Assembly (NCBI GenBank): GCA_965203905.1
Contig: CBDBDQ010000005.1
Coordinates: 2,208,001 to 2,272,000 of the forward strand
DNA: 64,000 bases
Direction: 5' to 3'
From: Spirochaetia bacterium
Lineage (GTDB): Bacteria > Spirochaetota > Spirochaetia > SZUA-6 > Bin103
Made by a program: the position numbers and the translations under genes. The notes under the pieces were generated by a model. The model saw only the letters and a list, made by a program, of their open reading frames with translations, was not told where the DNA came from and did no database searches. Shown in pieces: positions 9,095 to 19,111 of the stretch (position 1 is the first letter of the stretch; each line of letters opens with the position of its first letter).

Positions 9095-10462
9095 ATGAAG
9101 ATCACGTTCATCGGGGCCGGCTCCACCGTCTTCGTGAAGAACATCATCGGCGACTGCATGCTGGCCGAGCCGCTGCGCGACGCCACGGTCGCGCTGTACG
9201 ACATCGATGCCCGGCGGCTGCAGGAGTCGAAGGCGATGCTGGACACGCTGAACGGCAATATCAACGCAGCGCGCGCCACCATCGAGACCTATTTGGGTAC
9301 GGAGGCGCGTCAGGAAGCACTGCGTGGGGCCGACTTCGTGGTCAACGCAATCCAGGTGGGCGGCTACGAGCCGAGCACGGTGATCGACTTCGAGGTGCCC
9401 AAGAAGTACGGGCTGCGCCAGACCATCGCCGATACCCTGGGCATCGGCGGCATCTTCCGCGCCTTGCGCACCATTCCGGTGATGCTCGACTTCGCCCGCG
9501 ACATGGAGGAGGTGGCCCCGGACGCCTGGCTGCTGAACTACACCAACCCGATGGCGATGGTGATGGGCGCGGTGCTGCACGCGACCGGGGTGCGTGCGGT
9601 GGGGCTGTGCCACTCGGTGCAGGCGTGCGTGCCGAAGCTGCTGGGAAGGCTGGGCATGGAGCACGATCCGGCCGCCACCAAGTGGCAGATCGCCGGCATC
9701 AATCACCAGGCGTGGCTGCTGGAGCTGAAGGCGGCCGGCGCCGACCTGTACCCGGAGGTGAAGCGGCGTGCCGCCGAGATGAACTGCGCGGCGCGGGACG
9801 GCCAGGACAAGCACGACGACATGATCCGCTTCGAAATGATGCGCCACTTCGGCTACTACGTCACCGAGTCATCGGAGCACAGCGCCGAGTATTTCCCCTA
9901 CTGGATCAAGAGCACCCACCCGGAGCTGATCGCCGAGTTCAACATCCCGCTCGACGAGTACATCCGCCGCTGCATCCGGCAGCTCGAGCGCTGGCGCACG
10001 CAGAGCGCCACCATGGTCGGCAACCCCGACCTGAGCCACCAGCGCTCGGTGGAGTACGGCTCGCGCATCATGGAGGCGATCGTCACCGACCGCCCCTACC
10101 GCATCCACGGCAACATCCTCAACGACGGCTTCATCGGCAACCTGCCGGCGGGGACGTGCGTGGAGGTGCCGTCGCTGGTGGACCGCAACGGGGTGCAGGG
10201 CTGTGTGGTGGGCGACCTGCCGGAGCCGTGCGCGGCGCTCAACCGCACCAACGTCAACGTGCAGCTGCTCACCGTGGAGGCGGCGCTGGAACGGCGCCGC
10301 GACCGCATCTACCAGGCGGCCATGCTCGATCCGCACACCGCCAGCGAGCTGTCGCTGGACCAGATCGTGAGCCTGTGCGATGAGCTGATCGAAGCGCACG
10401 GCGATCTGCTGCCGGCCTACCGCAGCGATCCGCTGCCGGCCTACCGCAGCAACGGTGCGTAA
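9095..10462 (+). CDS. melA: alpha-galactosidase, GH4
   Basis: KITFIGAGS, QTIADTLGIGG, LNYTNPM, GLCHS, AGINHQ and TESSEH. Confidence 0.93.
   Translation: MKITFIGAGSTVFVKNIIGDCMLAEPLRDATVALYDIDARRLQESKAMLDTLNGNINAARATIETYLGTEARQEALRGADFVVNAIQVGGYEPSTVIDFEVPKKYGLRQTIADTLGIGGIFRALRTIPVMLDFARDMEEVAPDAWLLNYTNPMAMVMGAVLHATGVRAVGLCHSVQACVPKLLGRLGMEHDPAATKWQIAGINHQAWLLELKAAGADLYPEVKRRAAEMNCAARDGQDKHDDMIRFEMMRHFGYYVTESSEHSAEYFPYWIKSTHPELIAEFNIPLDEYIRRCIRQLERWRTQSATMVGNPDLSHQRSVEYGSRIMEAIVTDRPYRIHGNILNDGFIGNLPAGTCVEVPSLVDRNGVQGCVVGDLPEPCAALNRTNVNVQLLTVEAALERRRDRIYQAAMLDPHTASELSLDQIVSLCDELIEAHGDLLPAYRSDPLPAYRSNGA
10401..10450 (+). repeat. 24-bp tandem duplication at the melA 3' end
   Basis: GCGATCTGCTGCCGGCCTACCGCA / GCGATCCGCTGCCGGCCTACCGCA, encoding DLLPAYRS-DPLPAYRS. 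Confidence 0.85.
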
Positions 10463-10494
10463 CCGGCGGCGGGCCTTGCCGGTGGGGCGCTGAC

Positions 10495-12000
10495 ATGGGC
10501 GGGTTGCTGCTCGGCTACGACCTGGGCAGTTCGGCGATCAAGGCGGCGCTGGTCGACGCGGAGAGCGGGCGCCAGGTGGCGGCCGCCACCTCGCCGGACA
10601 CCGAGCTGGAGATCGCAGCGCCGCGGCCGGGATGGGCGGAGCAGGATCCCGAGGTGTGGTGGCAGCACCTGGTGGCGGCGACGGCGCAGCTCGGGGACGC
10701 GTTGCGCGGCAGCGGCAGGACGCTGGCCGACGTCGACGCACTGGGCATCGCCTACCAGATGCACGGCCTGGTGCTTACCGACGCCGCCGGCGCGGTGCTG
10801 CGCCCGGCGATCATCTGGTGCGACAGCCGCGCCGTGGAGATCGGCGACCGCGCGTGCGCAGCACTTGGTCCCGAGGAGACCCTGCGCCGGCTGCTCAACT
10901 CGCCGGGCAACTTCACCGCTTCCAAGATGCGCTGGGTGATCGAGAACGAGCCGCGGGTCGCGGAATCGGCGGCGCACTTCCTGCTGCCCGGCGACTACAT
11001 CGCCTGGCGCCTGACCGGCGAGTGGGCCACCACCCCCTCCGGCCTGTCGGAGGGCATCCTGTGGGACTTCTCGCGCTCGGCGCAGGCCGACTTTCTGCTC
11101 GACCACTACGGCATCGACGCGGCGCTGCTGCCGCGGTCGGTGCCAACGTTCTCGGCACAGGGCGCGCTGACCGCGTCGGCCGCGGCCGAGCTAGGCCTGG
11201 CGGCCGGTACGCCGCTCACCTATCGTGGCGGCGATCAGCCCAACAATGCACTCTCGCTCGGCGTCCTCGAACCGGGCACCGTGGCCGCCACCGCCGGCAC
11301 CTCCGGCGTGGTGTACGGCGTGGCCGACCGCGCCGACTACGACCCCGCCTCGCGCGTCAACACCTTCGTCCACGTCAACCACCGGGAGGGGCACGCGCGC
11401 TACGGGGTGCTGCTGTGCCTGAACGGCTGCGGCATCCTCAACAGCTGGCTGCGCCGTGCCTGCGCCGGGGGCCGCGACTATCCGGCGATGAACACCGCCG
11501 CCGCCGAGGTTCCGGTGGGCGCGGACGGGGTGGTGGTGCTGCCGTTCGGCAACGGCGCCGAGCGCATGCTGGGCAACCGTGACCCCGGGGCGTCGGTACA
11601 TGGGCTGCGCTTCACCAGCCACGACCAGCGCCACCTGCTGCGCGCCGGCCAGGAGGGCGTGGCCTTCAGCCTCGCTTACGGCCTGGAGGTGATGCGCGAG
11701 GTGGGAGTGGACGCCGCCACGGTGCGCGCCGGCGCAGCGAACCTGTTTCTCAGCCCGCTGTTCCGCGAAGCGTTCGCCACCACCACCGGCGCCGTCGTCC
11801 AGTTGTACGACACCGACGGCGCCCAGGGCGCGGCGCGCGGCGCCGCCATCGGCGCCGGCATCCACGACTACGACTCCGCGTTCAGCAGCCTCGCCGTCGC
11901 CCGCACCGTGGCGCCGAGCACGGCACTGACATCCGCCTACGCGGACGCCTACGAGCGCTGGCGGACTCGCCTCGACACCGCCCTGGGTGGCGTTCCTTGA
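10495..12000 (+). CDS. FGGY carbohydrate kinase (xylulokinase-like)
   Basis: LLGYDLGSS, YQMHG, IIWCDSR, GDQPNN and GTSG. Confidence 0.9.
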   Translation: MGGLLLGYDLGSSAIKAALVDAESGRQVAAATSPDTELEIAAPRPGWAEQDPEVWWQHLVAATAQLGDALRGSGRTLADVDALGIAYQMHGLVLTDAAGAVLRPAIIWCDSRAVEIGDRACAALGPEETLRRLLNSPGNFTASKMRWVIENEPRVAESAAHFLLPGDYIAWRLTGEWATTPSGLSEGILWDFSRSAQADFLLDHYGIDAALLPRSVPTFSAQGALTASAAAELGLAAGTPLTYRGGDQPNNALSLGVLEPGTVAATAGTSGVVYGVADRADYDPASRVNTFVHVNHREGHARYGVLLCLNGCGILNSWLRRACAGGRDYPAMNTAAAEVPVGADGVVVLPFGNGAERMLGNRDPGASVHGLRFTSHDQRHLLRAGQEGVAFSLAYGLEVMREVGVDAATVRAGAANLFLSPLFREAFATTTGAVVQLYDTDGAQGAARGAAIGAGIHDYDSAFSSLAVARTVAPSTALTSAYADAYERWRTRLDTALGGVP

Positions 12001-12020
12001 CCCTCAGACGTACATGAAGT

Positions 12021-12221
12021 ATGCGAAAGGTAAGGGATGCCATCCGGATGGTGGAGCGGGACGGCTGGTACCAAGTAAGAACACGCGGTAGCCATCTGCA
12101 ATACCATCACGCGGAGAAACCGGGTACCGTGACCATTTCCGGTAAACCCGGAGATGATGTGTCGCCAGCGATGTGGCTCAGTATACTGCGGCAAGCGGGA
12201 CTCAGGGAGAGCGGAGAATGA
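12021..12221 (+). CDS. hicA: HicA toxin
   Basis: 66 aa with DGW...RGSH.QY.H..KPG.VT and SILRQAGL; ATGA overlap with hicB. Confidence 0.9.
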   Translation: MRKVRDAIRMVERDGWYQVRTRGSHLQYHHAEKPGTVTISGKPGDDVSPAMWLSILRQAGLRESGE

Positions 12222-12538
12222 AGCTGAAGTATGCCGTGGTGTATGAACAGACTCCGAACAACTACGGTGCCTATGTCCCCGATCTGCCCGGCTGCATCAG
12301 CACCGGTGCCAGCCGGCGTGAGATTCAGGACAACATCCGCGAGGCTATCGAATTTCACATTGAGGGGTTGCTGGAGAGTGGCGACTCGGTACCGAATCCT
12401 CGGATGTCGATTGGGGACGCCATGACATTCCACAGCGAGGTGCTGAGCGAACAGGGCGGCTCCGCTCCGCAACTGGAGACCACGGTAGCGATGGTTGAGA
12501 TTGAGGTAACGCCGTCACGGGCAGCCGGAGTACGTTGA
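12218..12538 (+). CDS. hicB: HicB antitoxin
   Basis: YAVVYEQ..NYGAYVPDLPGC.STG and IREAIEFHIEGL. Confidence 0.9.
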   Translation: MKLKYAVVYEQTPNNYGAYVPDLPGCISTGASRREIQDNIREAIEFHIEGLLESGDSVPNPRMSIGDAMTFHSEVLSEQGGSAPQLETTVAMVEIEVTPSRAAGVR

Positions 12539-12566
12539 CTCCCTCGCTGGCACAAGTTCGACGCCA

Positions 12567-13286
12567 GTGATCGCTACCTACATCAATGCCTCCGCCGTGA
12601 TCGTCGGCGCGCTGATCGGCCTGTTGCTGCGCCGCGCCATCAGCGACCGGTTTCGTGACGTGGTGACCAGTGGCATCGGGGTGATCACCCTGGTGCTCGG
12701 CTTTCGCCTCGGCTTCGAGTCGCAGCAGATCGTCTACCTGGCCCTGTCGGTGGCGATCGGCGGCCTGCTCGGCGAGTGGTGGAAGATCGAGCAGGGCGTC
12801 ACCGGGCTCGGAGCCGCGCTGCACCGGCTGCTGTGGCGCCGCGAGACGGGCGCGCGGTCCGCGGCGGACGGCCGGCGCGGGTTCGCGGTCGCCTTCCTGA
12901 ACGCCTCGGTGCTGTTCTGCGTGGGCGCGATGACGCTGGTGGGCTCGTTCCGCGCCGGCGTCGACGGTGACTACGAGTTGCTGCTGACCAAGTCCGTGCT
13001 CGACGGTTTCATGGCGGTGCTGCTGACCGCGGCAATGGGTATCGGCGTCGCCTTCGCCAGCCTGGTGATCCTGGTCTACCAGGGCGGCTTGACGCTGCTC
13101 AGCCGCGTGCTGCAGCCGCTGGTCTCCGCCGCGCTGATGGCGGAGCTGAGCGCCGTGGGCGGCGTGCTCATCGTCATGATCGGGATCAACCTGCTCGGGC
13201 TGCGCCAGCTCAAGACCGCCAACTTCCTGCCTGCGTTCCCCGTCATGGTGGCCCTCATGGCCCTGGGCCCCCTTGGATTTCTGTAA
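12567..13286 (+). CDS. DUF554 family membrane protein
   Basis: Hydrophobic, with LFCVGAMT, LLTKSVLDG, YQG and ANFLP. Confidence 0.9.
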   Translation: MIATYINASAVIVGALIGLLLRRAISDRFRDVVTSGIGVITLVLGFRLGFESQQIVYLALSVAIGGLLGEWWKIEQGVTGLGAALHRLLWRRETGARSAADGRRGFAVAFLNASVLFCVGAMTLVGSFRAGVDGDYELLLTKSVLDGFMAVLLTAAMGIGVAFASLVILVYQGGLTLLSRVLQPLVSAALMAELSAVGGVLIVMIGINLLGLRQLKTANFLPAFPVMVALMALGPLGFL

Positions 13287-13295
13287 CCGTCGCGG

Positions 13296-14333
13296 TCAGC
13301 CGGCTACGTCGATTACCACCTTGAGGGCCTGGCGCTCTCCCTTGGCCAGGGCAGTCATCATCGCCGGCACCTCGTCCAGGGTGCAGCGGCCCTCGATGAA
13401 GCCGGACAGCTCGCGTTGCAGGCCGCCCAGCATAGCCACCGCGTCGCCGAAGGCGCGCCGGTCGAAGCCGTAGGTCCCGACCAGGGTCCATTCGTAGCTG
13501 ATCATGTCCTGCACTGACAGCGGCACCTCCTTGGCGAGGTTGCCGATCATCAGCACGGTGCCGCCCTCCGCCACCATGCCCACGGCGCTGACGAAGGATG
13601 CGCGGCTACCCACGGCGTCGACCACCACATCGGGCGGCTCGCCGAGTGCCGCGGTTACCGCCGCGCTGGTATCTTCTGCCGCGGCGTCGGCCGCGATCGG
13701 AACCGCCGTCGCCCCCAACCCGGCAGCGCGCTCCGCCTTGGCGGCGATGGTGTCCAGCGAAGCGATCCGCTGCGCGCCGCGGGCGCGCGCCACCAGCACG
13801 CCCGCCATGCCGATGGTGCCGGCGCCGAGAATTGCCACCCGGCGCGGCGTCACGTTGCGCGCCTCCAGCCGGTGCCAGCCGTGCAGCACCACGCCCAGCG
13901 GTTCCGCCAGCAGGCCGATCTCGCTCGGCACGCCGTCGGCCAGCGGGATCAGGTTGGCCGTGGGGACCGCGACGTACTCCGCCATCGCCCCGCGCTTGCC
14001 CAGGTTCACCCCTATGAGCTGCTTGTTGAGGAACGACGGATCGCCCTCCTCAGGGCTCGGCGCGTGCTCCGCGATGATGTTGTAGAGCGCCACCCGCGTG
14101 CCCACGGGCGGGGCGTCGGCGCCGGGACCGAGCTCTGCGACGGTGCCGCTTACCTCATGGCCCATCACCATGCCGGGGGCGCGGCGGCCGCTCTCCCCGG
14201 TGAAACCGTGCACGTCACTGCCGCAGATGCCCACCGTATCCACCCGCAGCAACGCTTCTCCGCCGGCCGGCTCCGGCGTCGGCAGGTCGACCACCTCCAT
14301 GTCCCACGGCCCGTTGTAGACAACAGCTTTCAT
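13296..14333 (-). CDS. Zn-dependent alcohol dehydrogenase (MDR family)
   Basis: MKAVVY, GICGSD, GHE and ILGAGTIG; it lacks the structural-Zn Cys cluster. Confidence 0.9.
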   Translation of the reverse strand: MKAVVYNGPWDMEVVDLPTPEPAGGEALLRVDTVGICGSDVHGFTGESGRRAPGMVMGHEVSGTVAELGPGADAPPVGTRVALYNIIAEHAPSPEEGDPSFLNKQLIGVNLGKRGAMAEYVAVPTANLIPLADGVPSEIGLLAEPLGVVLHGWHRLEARNVTPRRVAILGAGTIGMAGVLVARARGAQRIASLDTIAAKAERAAGLGATAVPIAADAAAEDTSAAVTAALGEPPDVVVDAVGSRASFVSAVGMVAEGGTVLMIGNLAKEVPLSVQDMISYEWTLVGTYGFDRRAFGDAVAMLGGLQRELSGFIEGRCTLDEVPAMMTALAKGERQALKVVIDVAG

Positions 14334-14561
14334 CGGGGCCGAGCATAGCACGGGAGCGGTGGACTGATACGCGCGTTCCATAGGCGCATGGTCCTGCGAG
14401 CCTACTACCGCTTCCGCTCTGGTCGAACCTGACGCTGTCCCGGTGCACAGCCTGCCCCTTGCGGTCCCGGCAAAGCCTCGTATCATAAGCAGGGTGAGGA
14501 CCACTCCCAGCGAGTTCGCATCGGCGGACATCCGTTACGAACGGGGCAACCGGGACTTGCT

Positions 14562-15607
14562 ACGACACTTCTCAGCAGTTTCAGCGCTGTTCGCTACAAG
14601 GGCATAGACGGCCTGCCATTGCCCCGTCTCTCTCAGGCCAATCTCATCACTGGGGTCAATGGCGTGGGCAAGACGGCGTTGATCGAAGCTATCTGGCTGT
14701 TCATGGGGCGATACAACCCTTCCCTCTTGTGGAACGCTAACGTCCAACGCGCACGCAACCCGGTACGCAACCCAGTCGACAGGCTTTCTGGCCCGGTGCT
14801 GGAGCTCTTCGGAACGGAAAGCGGGCTGGACCATAGCGTACGCTGGACGTTCGAGCGCGTGTCGGAGTTCGTACAGCCGCTGACGGTGGGTGAAGACGCC
14901 GACCGGATAATGCAGCTTCCCGTTGTCGGCCGCATCGACACTTTCTTGGACGGCGCCCTCGCAAAGGGTAGCATTGGCGGTATGCAGCCGACGCCTGGGG
15001 GCGTGGTAATGCACGAGAATCCGTTGCCGAACGGTGCTCGACCGAACTGTGTCATCGAGGGTACGCGGTATCAACTTGAAACGCCCGGTGAATTCCTGCG
15101 GCGCTACTCCGATCTGGTCAGAGAGAAGCGCAAGCAAGAGCTCAAGGATGCGATGAGCATGATTCTTCCGGCGGTGCGTGATTTCGAGATTCTGACCGAT
15201 GAGAAGGGCGATTCGTACCTTTCAGGAGTAACGGCAGACGGAAAGCAGCTGCCGCTCCATGATCTCGGCGGAGGAGTTGTCAGACTCTGCCAGCTGCTAC
15301 TGAGCTGCTTTGCATCTCGTGGGGGTATCCTGCTTGCGGATGAGATGGAAAACGGCATGCACCACTCAGCGCTCCCAGAAGTGTGGAATCGCGCCCGTCA
15401 GTGGATGCGAGAGTGGAGCGTCCAGCTCGTGGCGACGACTCACAGCGCGGAATGGATCGAAGCCGCGACCAATGCGTTTGAGGACGCTCCCGATGATCTG
15501 TCCGTGCATAGATTGTTTACCAACCGTGAAACGCACAACGTAGAGGCGGTTACTTTACCGGCGATACGCTTGAGGGAGCGCGCGATCTCAACCTGGAGAT
15601 CCGGTAG
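14562..15607 (+). pseudogene. AAA_15/AAA_21-type ABC ATPase, frameshifted
   Basis: RYKGI, Walker A GVNGVGKT, DLGGG, LADEMENGMH and TTHS. One T is missing at 15554-15556; restoring it gives ..VTFTGDTLEGARDLNLEIR* ending at 15607. There is no in-frame ATG (ACG at 14562). Confidence 0.8.
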
Positions 15608-16253
15608 TGCGGAAGATTCGCAAGCAACGGCTATTGTTGGTTGAGGGCAGGGATGAGGTAAATCTGTTTTGTGCGATGATCCGTGACTGTTTTGACGACG
15701 ATCCCGGCATACAAGTGATCGACGCAGGATGGAAGGACAAGTTCAGCCGAAACCTGAGAGCCATTAAGGCAGCAGCGACGGCGGGACCCGCCCTGCAGTC
15801 GATTGGCGTCGTCCGTGATGCTGACGACGACGCTAGCGCCGCCTTCGACAGCGTGTGCGATGGCATCCGGAGCGCGAACTATGAACCGCCAGCGAACCAT
15901 ATGGTGAGTTTTCCAACGCCCTGCCAGCGATTGGTGTGTTCATCGTACCGGACGGCACCAGTACGGGCGCCGTCGAGACCCTCTGTCGCCGGTCGCGTCA
16001 GGGGAATGTCACGGCAGTATGCGTTGACGACTATCTCAAGTGTCTGGAAGAGAGTCACGCTACGAGTTCAAAGAACACCGACAAGAGCTTTGCTCATGCT
16101 TATCTCGCCGCCATGGAGGATCCTATGGCGCGGGTAGGCGAAGGCGCTTTGCAGGGTGTATGGAATTTCACATCTTCGGCGTTCACACCGCTCGCGGGTT
16201 TTCTCCACCAGCTCGCCCTGCGTGCGGGCGGAATACCTCAAGCTCCGTCATAA
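15607..16253 (+). pseudogene. DUF3226-like TOPRIM-fold protein, frameshifted
   Basis: LLVEGRDE and VRDADD. An AT duplication at 15899-15902 shifts the frame, which continues GEFSNALPAIGVFIVPDG..GAVETLC..DKSFAHAYLA. Confidence 0.75.
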
Positions 16254-16449
16254 CGACGCGCCGCTGGCGGACGCGGGCGGTCGCCTGTGTCACTGCGGCG
16301 TTGGAGCGTTCAAGTGCCTCCAAGTGCGTTGACGCCGCATCATCGCGTAGGGACCGTCGCAAACGCACCGGTGGGAACGTACGAAATGTGTGTTGGCTCG
16401 CCCGCTTGGCGCGAGTGCCCCGACAGCGTAGCCTTGGCGGCGGGAAACC

Positions 16450-17361
16450 ATGCCCGAATTGCCATCGGTAACCGTATACGTTGAGCATCTGCGCCGCCGC
16501 ACCGTGGGCCGCACGTTGCAGCGCGTGCGCATCGCGAGTCCCTTCGTGCTGCGTTCCCACGATCCACCGATCAAAGCCGCGGACGGCAAGCAGGTACACG
16601 CCGTCGACCGTCTCGGCAAGCGCATCGTGTTCACGCTGAGCGACGAGCTGTTCCTGGTGCTGCACCTGATGATCGCCGGCCGCCTGCGCTGGCACGACGG
16701 GAGCGCGGCCGCCAAGATTCCGCGCAAGGTGGGGCTGGCCGGCTTCCAGTTCGACACCGGCACCCTGATCCTTACCGAGGCGGGCAGCAAGCGGCGTGCT
16801 TCGCTGCACCTGGTGGCGGGTGCCGCGGCGCTGGCCGAGCACGACCGCGGCGGGCTGGAGATCCAGGACGCCGACGCCGTTGCATTCCGAGAAGCGCTGC
16901 TGCGGGAGAACCACACCCTGAAGCGCGCGCTGGCCGATCCGCGCCTGTTCTCCGGCGTGGGCAACGCCTTCTCCGACGAGATCCTGCACCGCGCCGGGCT
17001 GTCCCCCCTGCAGCTCACCCAGCGCATGACAGAACCGCAGATTGACAAGCTGCGCCACGCCTGCGTTGACGTCCTCGGCGAGTGGGTGGAACTCCTGCGC
17101 GCCGAGAGCGGGGAGGCTTTTCCGAAGAAGGTGACCGCATTCCACCCGCGGATGGCGGTGCACGGCAAGTACGGGCAACCCTGTCCGGTGTGCGCCACGC
17201 CCGTGCAGCGCATCGTCTACGCCAACAACGAGAGCAACTACTGCCCGCGCTGCCAGACCGGCGGCAAGCTGCTCGCCGACCGCTCCCTCTCCCGGCTGCT
17301 CAAATCCGACTGGCCGCGCAGCGTCGAGGAACTGGAAGAACTCCGTAGACCCCGCCCCTGA
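16450..17361 (+). CDS. Fpg/Nei family DNA glycosylase
   Basis: N-terminal MPELP, RLGK, HLMIAG, H2TH SGVGNAFSDEIL, and zinc finger CPVC..CPRCQ. Confidence 0.93.
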   Translation: MPELPSVTVYVEHLRRRTVGRTLQRVRIASPFVLRSHDPPIKAADGKQVHAVDRLGKRIVFTLSDELFLVLHLMIAGRLRWHDGSAAAKIPRKVGLAGFQFDTGTLILTEAGSKRRASLHLVAGAAALAEHDRGGLEIQDADAVAFREALLRENHTLKRALADPRLFSGVGNAFSDEILHRAGLSPLQLTQRMTEPQIDKLRHACVDVLGEWVELLRAESGEAFPKKVTAFHPRMAVHGKYGQPCPVCATPVQRIVYANNESNYCPRCQTGGKLLADRSLSRLLKSDWPRSVEELEELRRPRP

Positions 17362-17378
17362 GGGAGGAGGCGCCCTGC

Positions 17379-17837
17379 TCAACCAAAGAGCCGTCGCAAC
17401 CAGTCTCCAAGCTGGACCGCAGCGGGCGCCCCGGCATTCAGGTCCCTGGCCCCGATTGCGGACCCCATCTTCCGTGGCTCCTCTCGTGTGGCCAACCACG
17501 AATGAACCTTGGCGCGAAGTGTCTTTCCTGTGGCGAACTTGCGGTCAGCAACCGGTATCCCGTCGATATAGGTCTCGGATCGTGGCCACACCGGATCGTT
17601 GGTCGGAATCATGCCCGCGATGAACTCCTCCAGTTCGCCGGACGATACGTTGTTGGGCATCAACCAGATCCCGATTCGGGGCCTGTTGTCGATGATGGTC
17701 CCGGATGGGACAGTTGTCTTGCCGACGCCGTTCTTTCCGGCGAGCAGAGTCACGCGTCCGAGATGAGGGATTTTCAGTTGGTCAATCCCTCGGAATCCAT
17801 CGATGGTCAAGTTCGGAAGGTGAAGGGGGTCAGGCAT
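17379..17837 (-). pseudogene. in-frame deletion fusion: ATPase N-terminus + DUF3226 C-terminus
   Basis: The first ~43 aa (LTIDGFRGI..LLAGKNGVGKTTV, Walker A) join directly to RIGIWLMPNN..GELEEFI..KAKV-like RAKVHSWLA. Confidence 0.8.
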
Positions 17838-17914
17838 ACTACACCGTCGGCCGAGAGGGTCGCTGCTGAAGGTCTATTGTAGCACCTGCACGGCTGACGT
17901 GTCGCAAGCTACGG

Positions 17915-18847
17915 TTAGCGCGGTGAGCGCCGCGACGTGATGGCGTTCAGCACGGCCTTCGACACGGTGCAGACCATCGTGTAGGCGGGGTCGAACATGT
18001 TGCCGAGCTGGTAGCCGACGGCCTGGCCGAGGACGATGTGGGCCAGGTGGCGGTCGAGGCCGTAGTCCTCCACCAGCCAGCGCAGCATCTCCGTGGTGGC
18101 GTGCTGCACGCACTGGTCGAGGGGACGGGCGTTGCCCAGGGTGGCGATGAACTGGGGCGCTTGCGCCCGTGGCCAGCCGATGGAGCGGCCCTTGTGCAAC
18201 TCGACGCGGAACACCACGTCGGCGGAGATCTCGATGCCGGTGCCGACGATCTCGCCGTCGCCCTGGACCGCGTGCACGTCGCCGAGGGCGAACAGGGCGC
18301 CCGGCTCGAACACTGGGAACAGGGCGGTGACCCCGGCGCGGAAGCCGTTCCAGTCCATGTTGCCGCCGTGGCGCTCGGAGGTGGCGGTGGAGATCGCCTG
18401 GTGCCGCGCCGGCGCGACGCCGAAGCAGCCGATCATCGGCGCCAGCGGCAGGCGCCAGTGCTCCAGGCCGGGCAGGTCCAGGGGCGAGGCGACGCCGGCA
18501 GCGACGTCCACCGCCCATTCGATGCGTTCCGGCAGGTCGCCGGGCAGGGTGGGGTGGCCGGGGTCGAGCACGTTGGACGCCACCCAGGACTTGGTGTAGC
18601 CGCGGTCGCGGTTGGGGCGGATCAACTCCAGGTGCACCGCCAGCGTGTCTCCCGGCTCGGCACCGGCCACTCGGAACGGACCGGTCTGTGGGTTGCCGGA
18701 CGGGGTCACGGCGTGCCCGTCGGCATCGCAGCCGCCGGCATCGACGGTGGTGGTGGCCACCCGGTCGCCGGGTTCGATGGTAAGCACCGGATCATGCGGA
18801 CCGAGGGTGGTGTGATAGTGGGTGGGAAAGAACTGATGATCGGCCAA
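17915..18847 (-). CDS. acetamidase/formamidase family protein
   Basis: NPQTGP..V.GAEPGD.L, HGGNMD and GDVHAVQGDGE; TTG start with AGGAG. Confidence 0.92.
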   Translation of the reverse strand: MADHQFFPTHYHTTLGPHDPVLTIEPGDRVATTTVDAGGCDADGHAVTPSGNPQTGPFRVAGAEPGDTLAVHLELIRPNRDRGYTKSWVASNVLDPGHPTLPGDLPERIEWAVDVAAGVASPLDLPGLEHWRLPLAPMIGCFGVAPARHQAISTATSERHGGNMDWNGFRAGVTALFPVFEPGALFALGDVHAVQGDGEIVGTGIEISADVVFRVELHKGRSIGWPRAQAPQFIATLGNARPLDQCVQHATTEMLRWLVEDYGLDRHLAHIVLGQAVGYQLGNMFDPAYTMVCTVSKAVLNAITSRRSPR

Positions 18848-19111
18848 CGGCGGACTCCTGCAGTTGCGCGAACGGGGTTGCCCGCGCGGATTGACCACAG
18901 GATACCCTCACGCGGCGCGCTTGGCAGGTACCATTGACAGGCAGCGGGGACCCCGATGTCGACACCGGCGCGCTGGGTGGAGGACCACCTGCTCGGGGCT
19001 GGAACTCGCCGCAGCCGTGGAGCGGGAGTTGCGCGGGCGCGGCATGTACGACCTAACGGTGCGCCGCTCCAGCCCTACGGGCGGCCACCGCTACGCGGGT
19101 TGCCTGATCGG

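Noticed and set aside
10401-10450. 24-bp repeat as a CRISPR or att site
   Set aside because: There are only two adjacent copies with no spacer, and it is an in-frame duplication at the melA C-terminus.
16254-16449. SOS/LexA box upstream of the Fpg/Nei gene
   Set aside because: There is no convincing match to known LexA palindromes.
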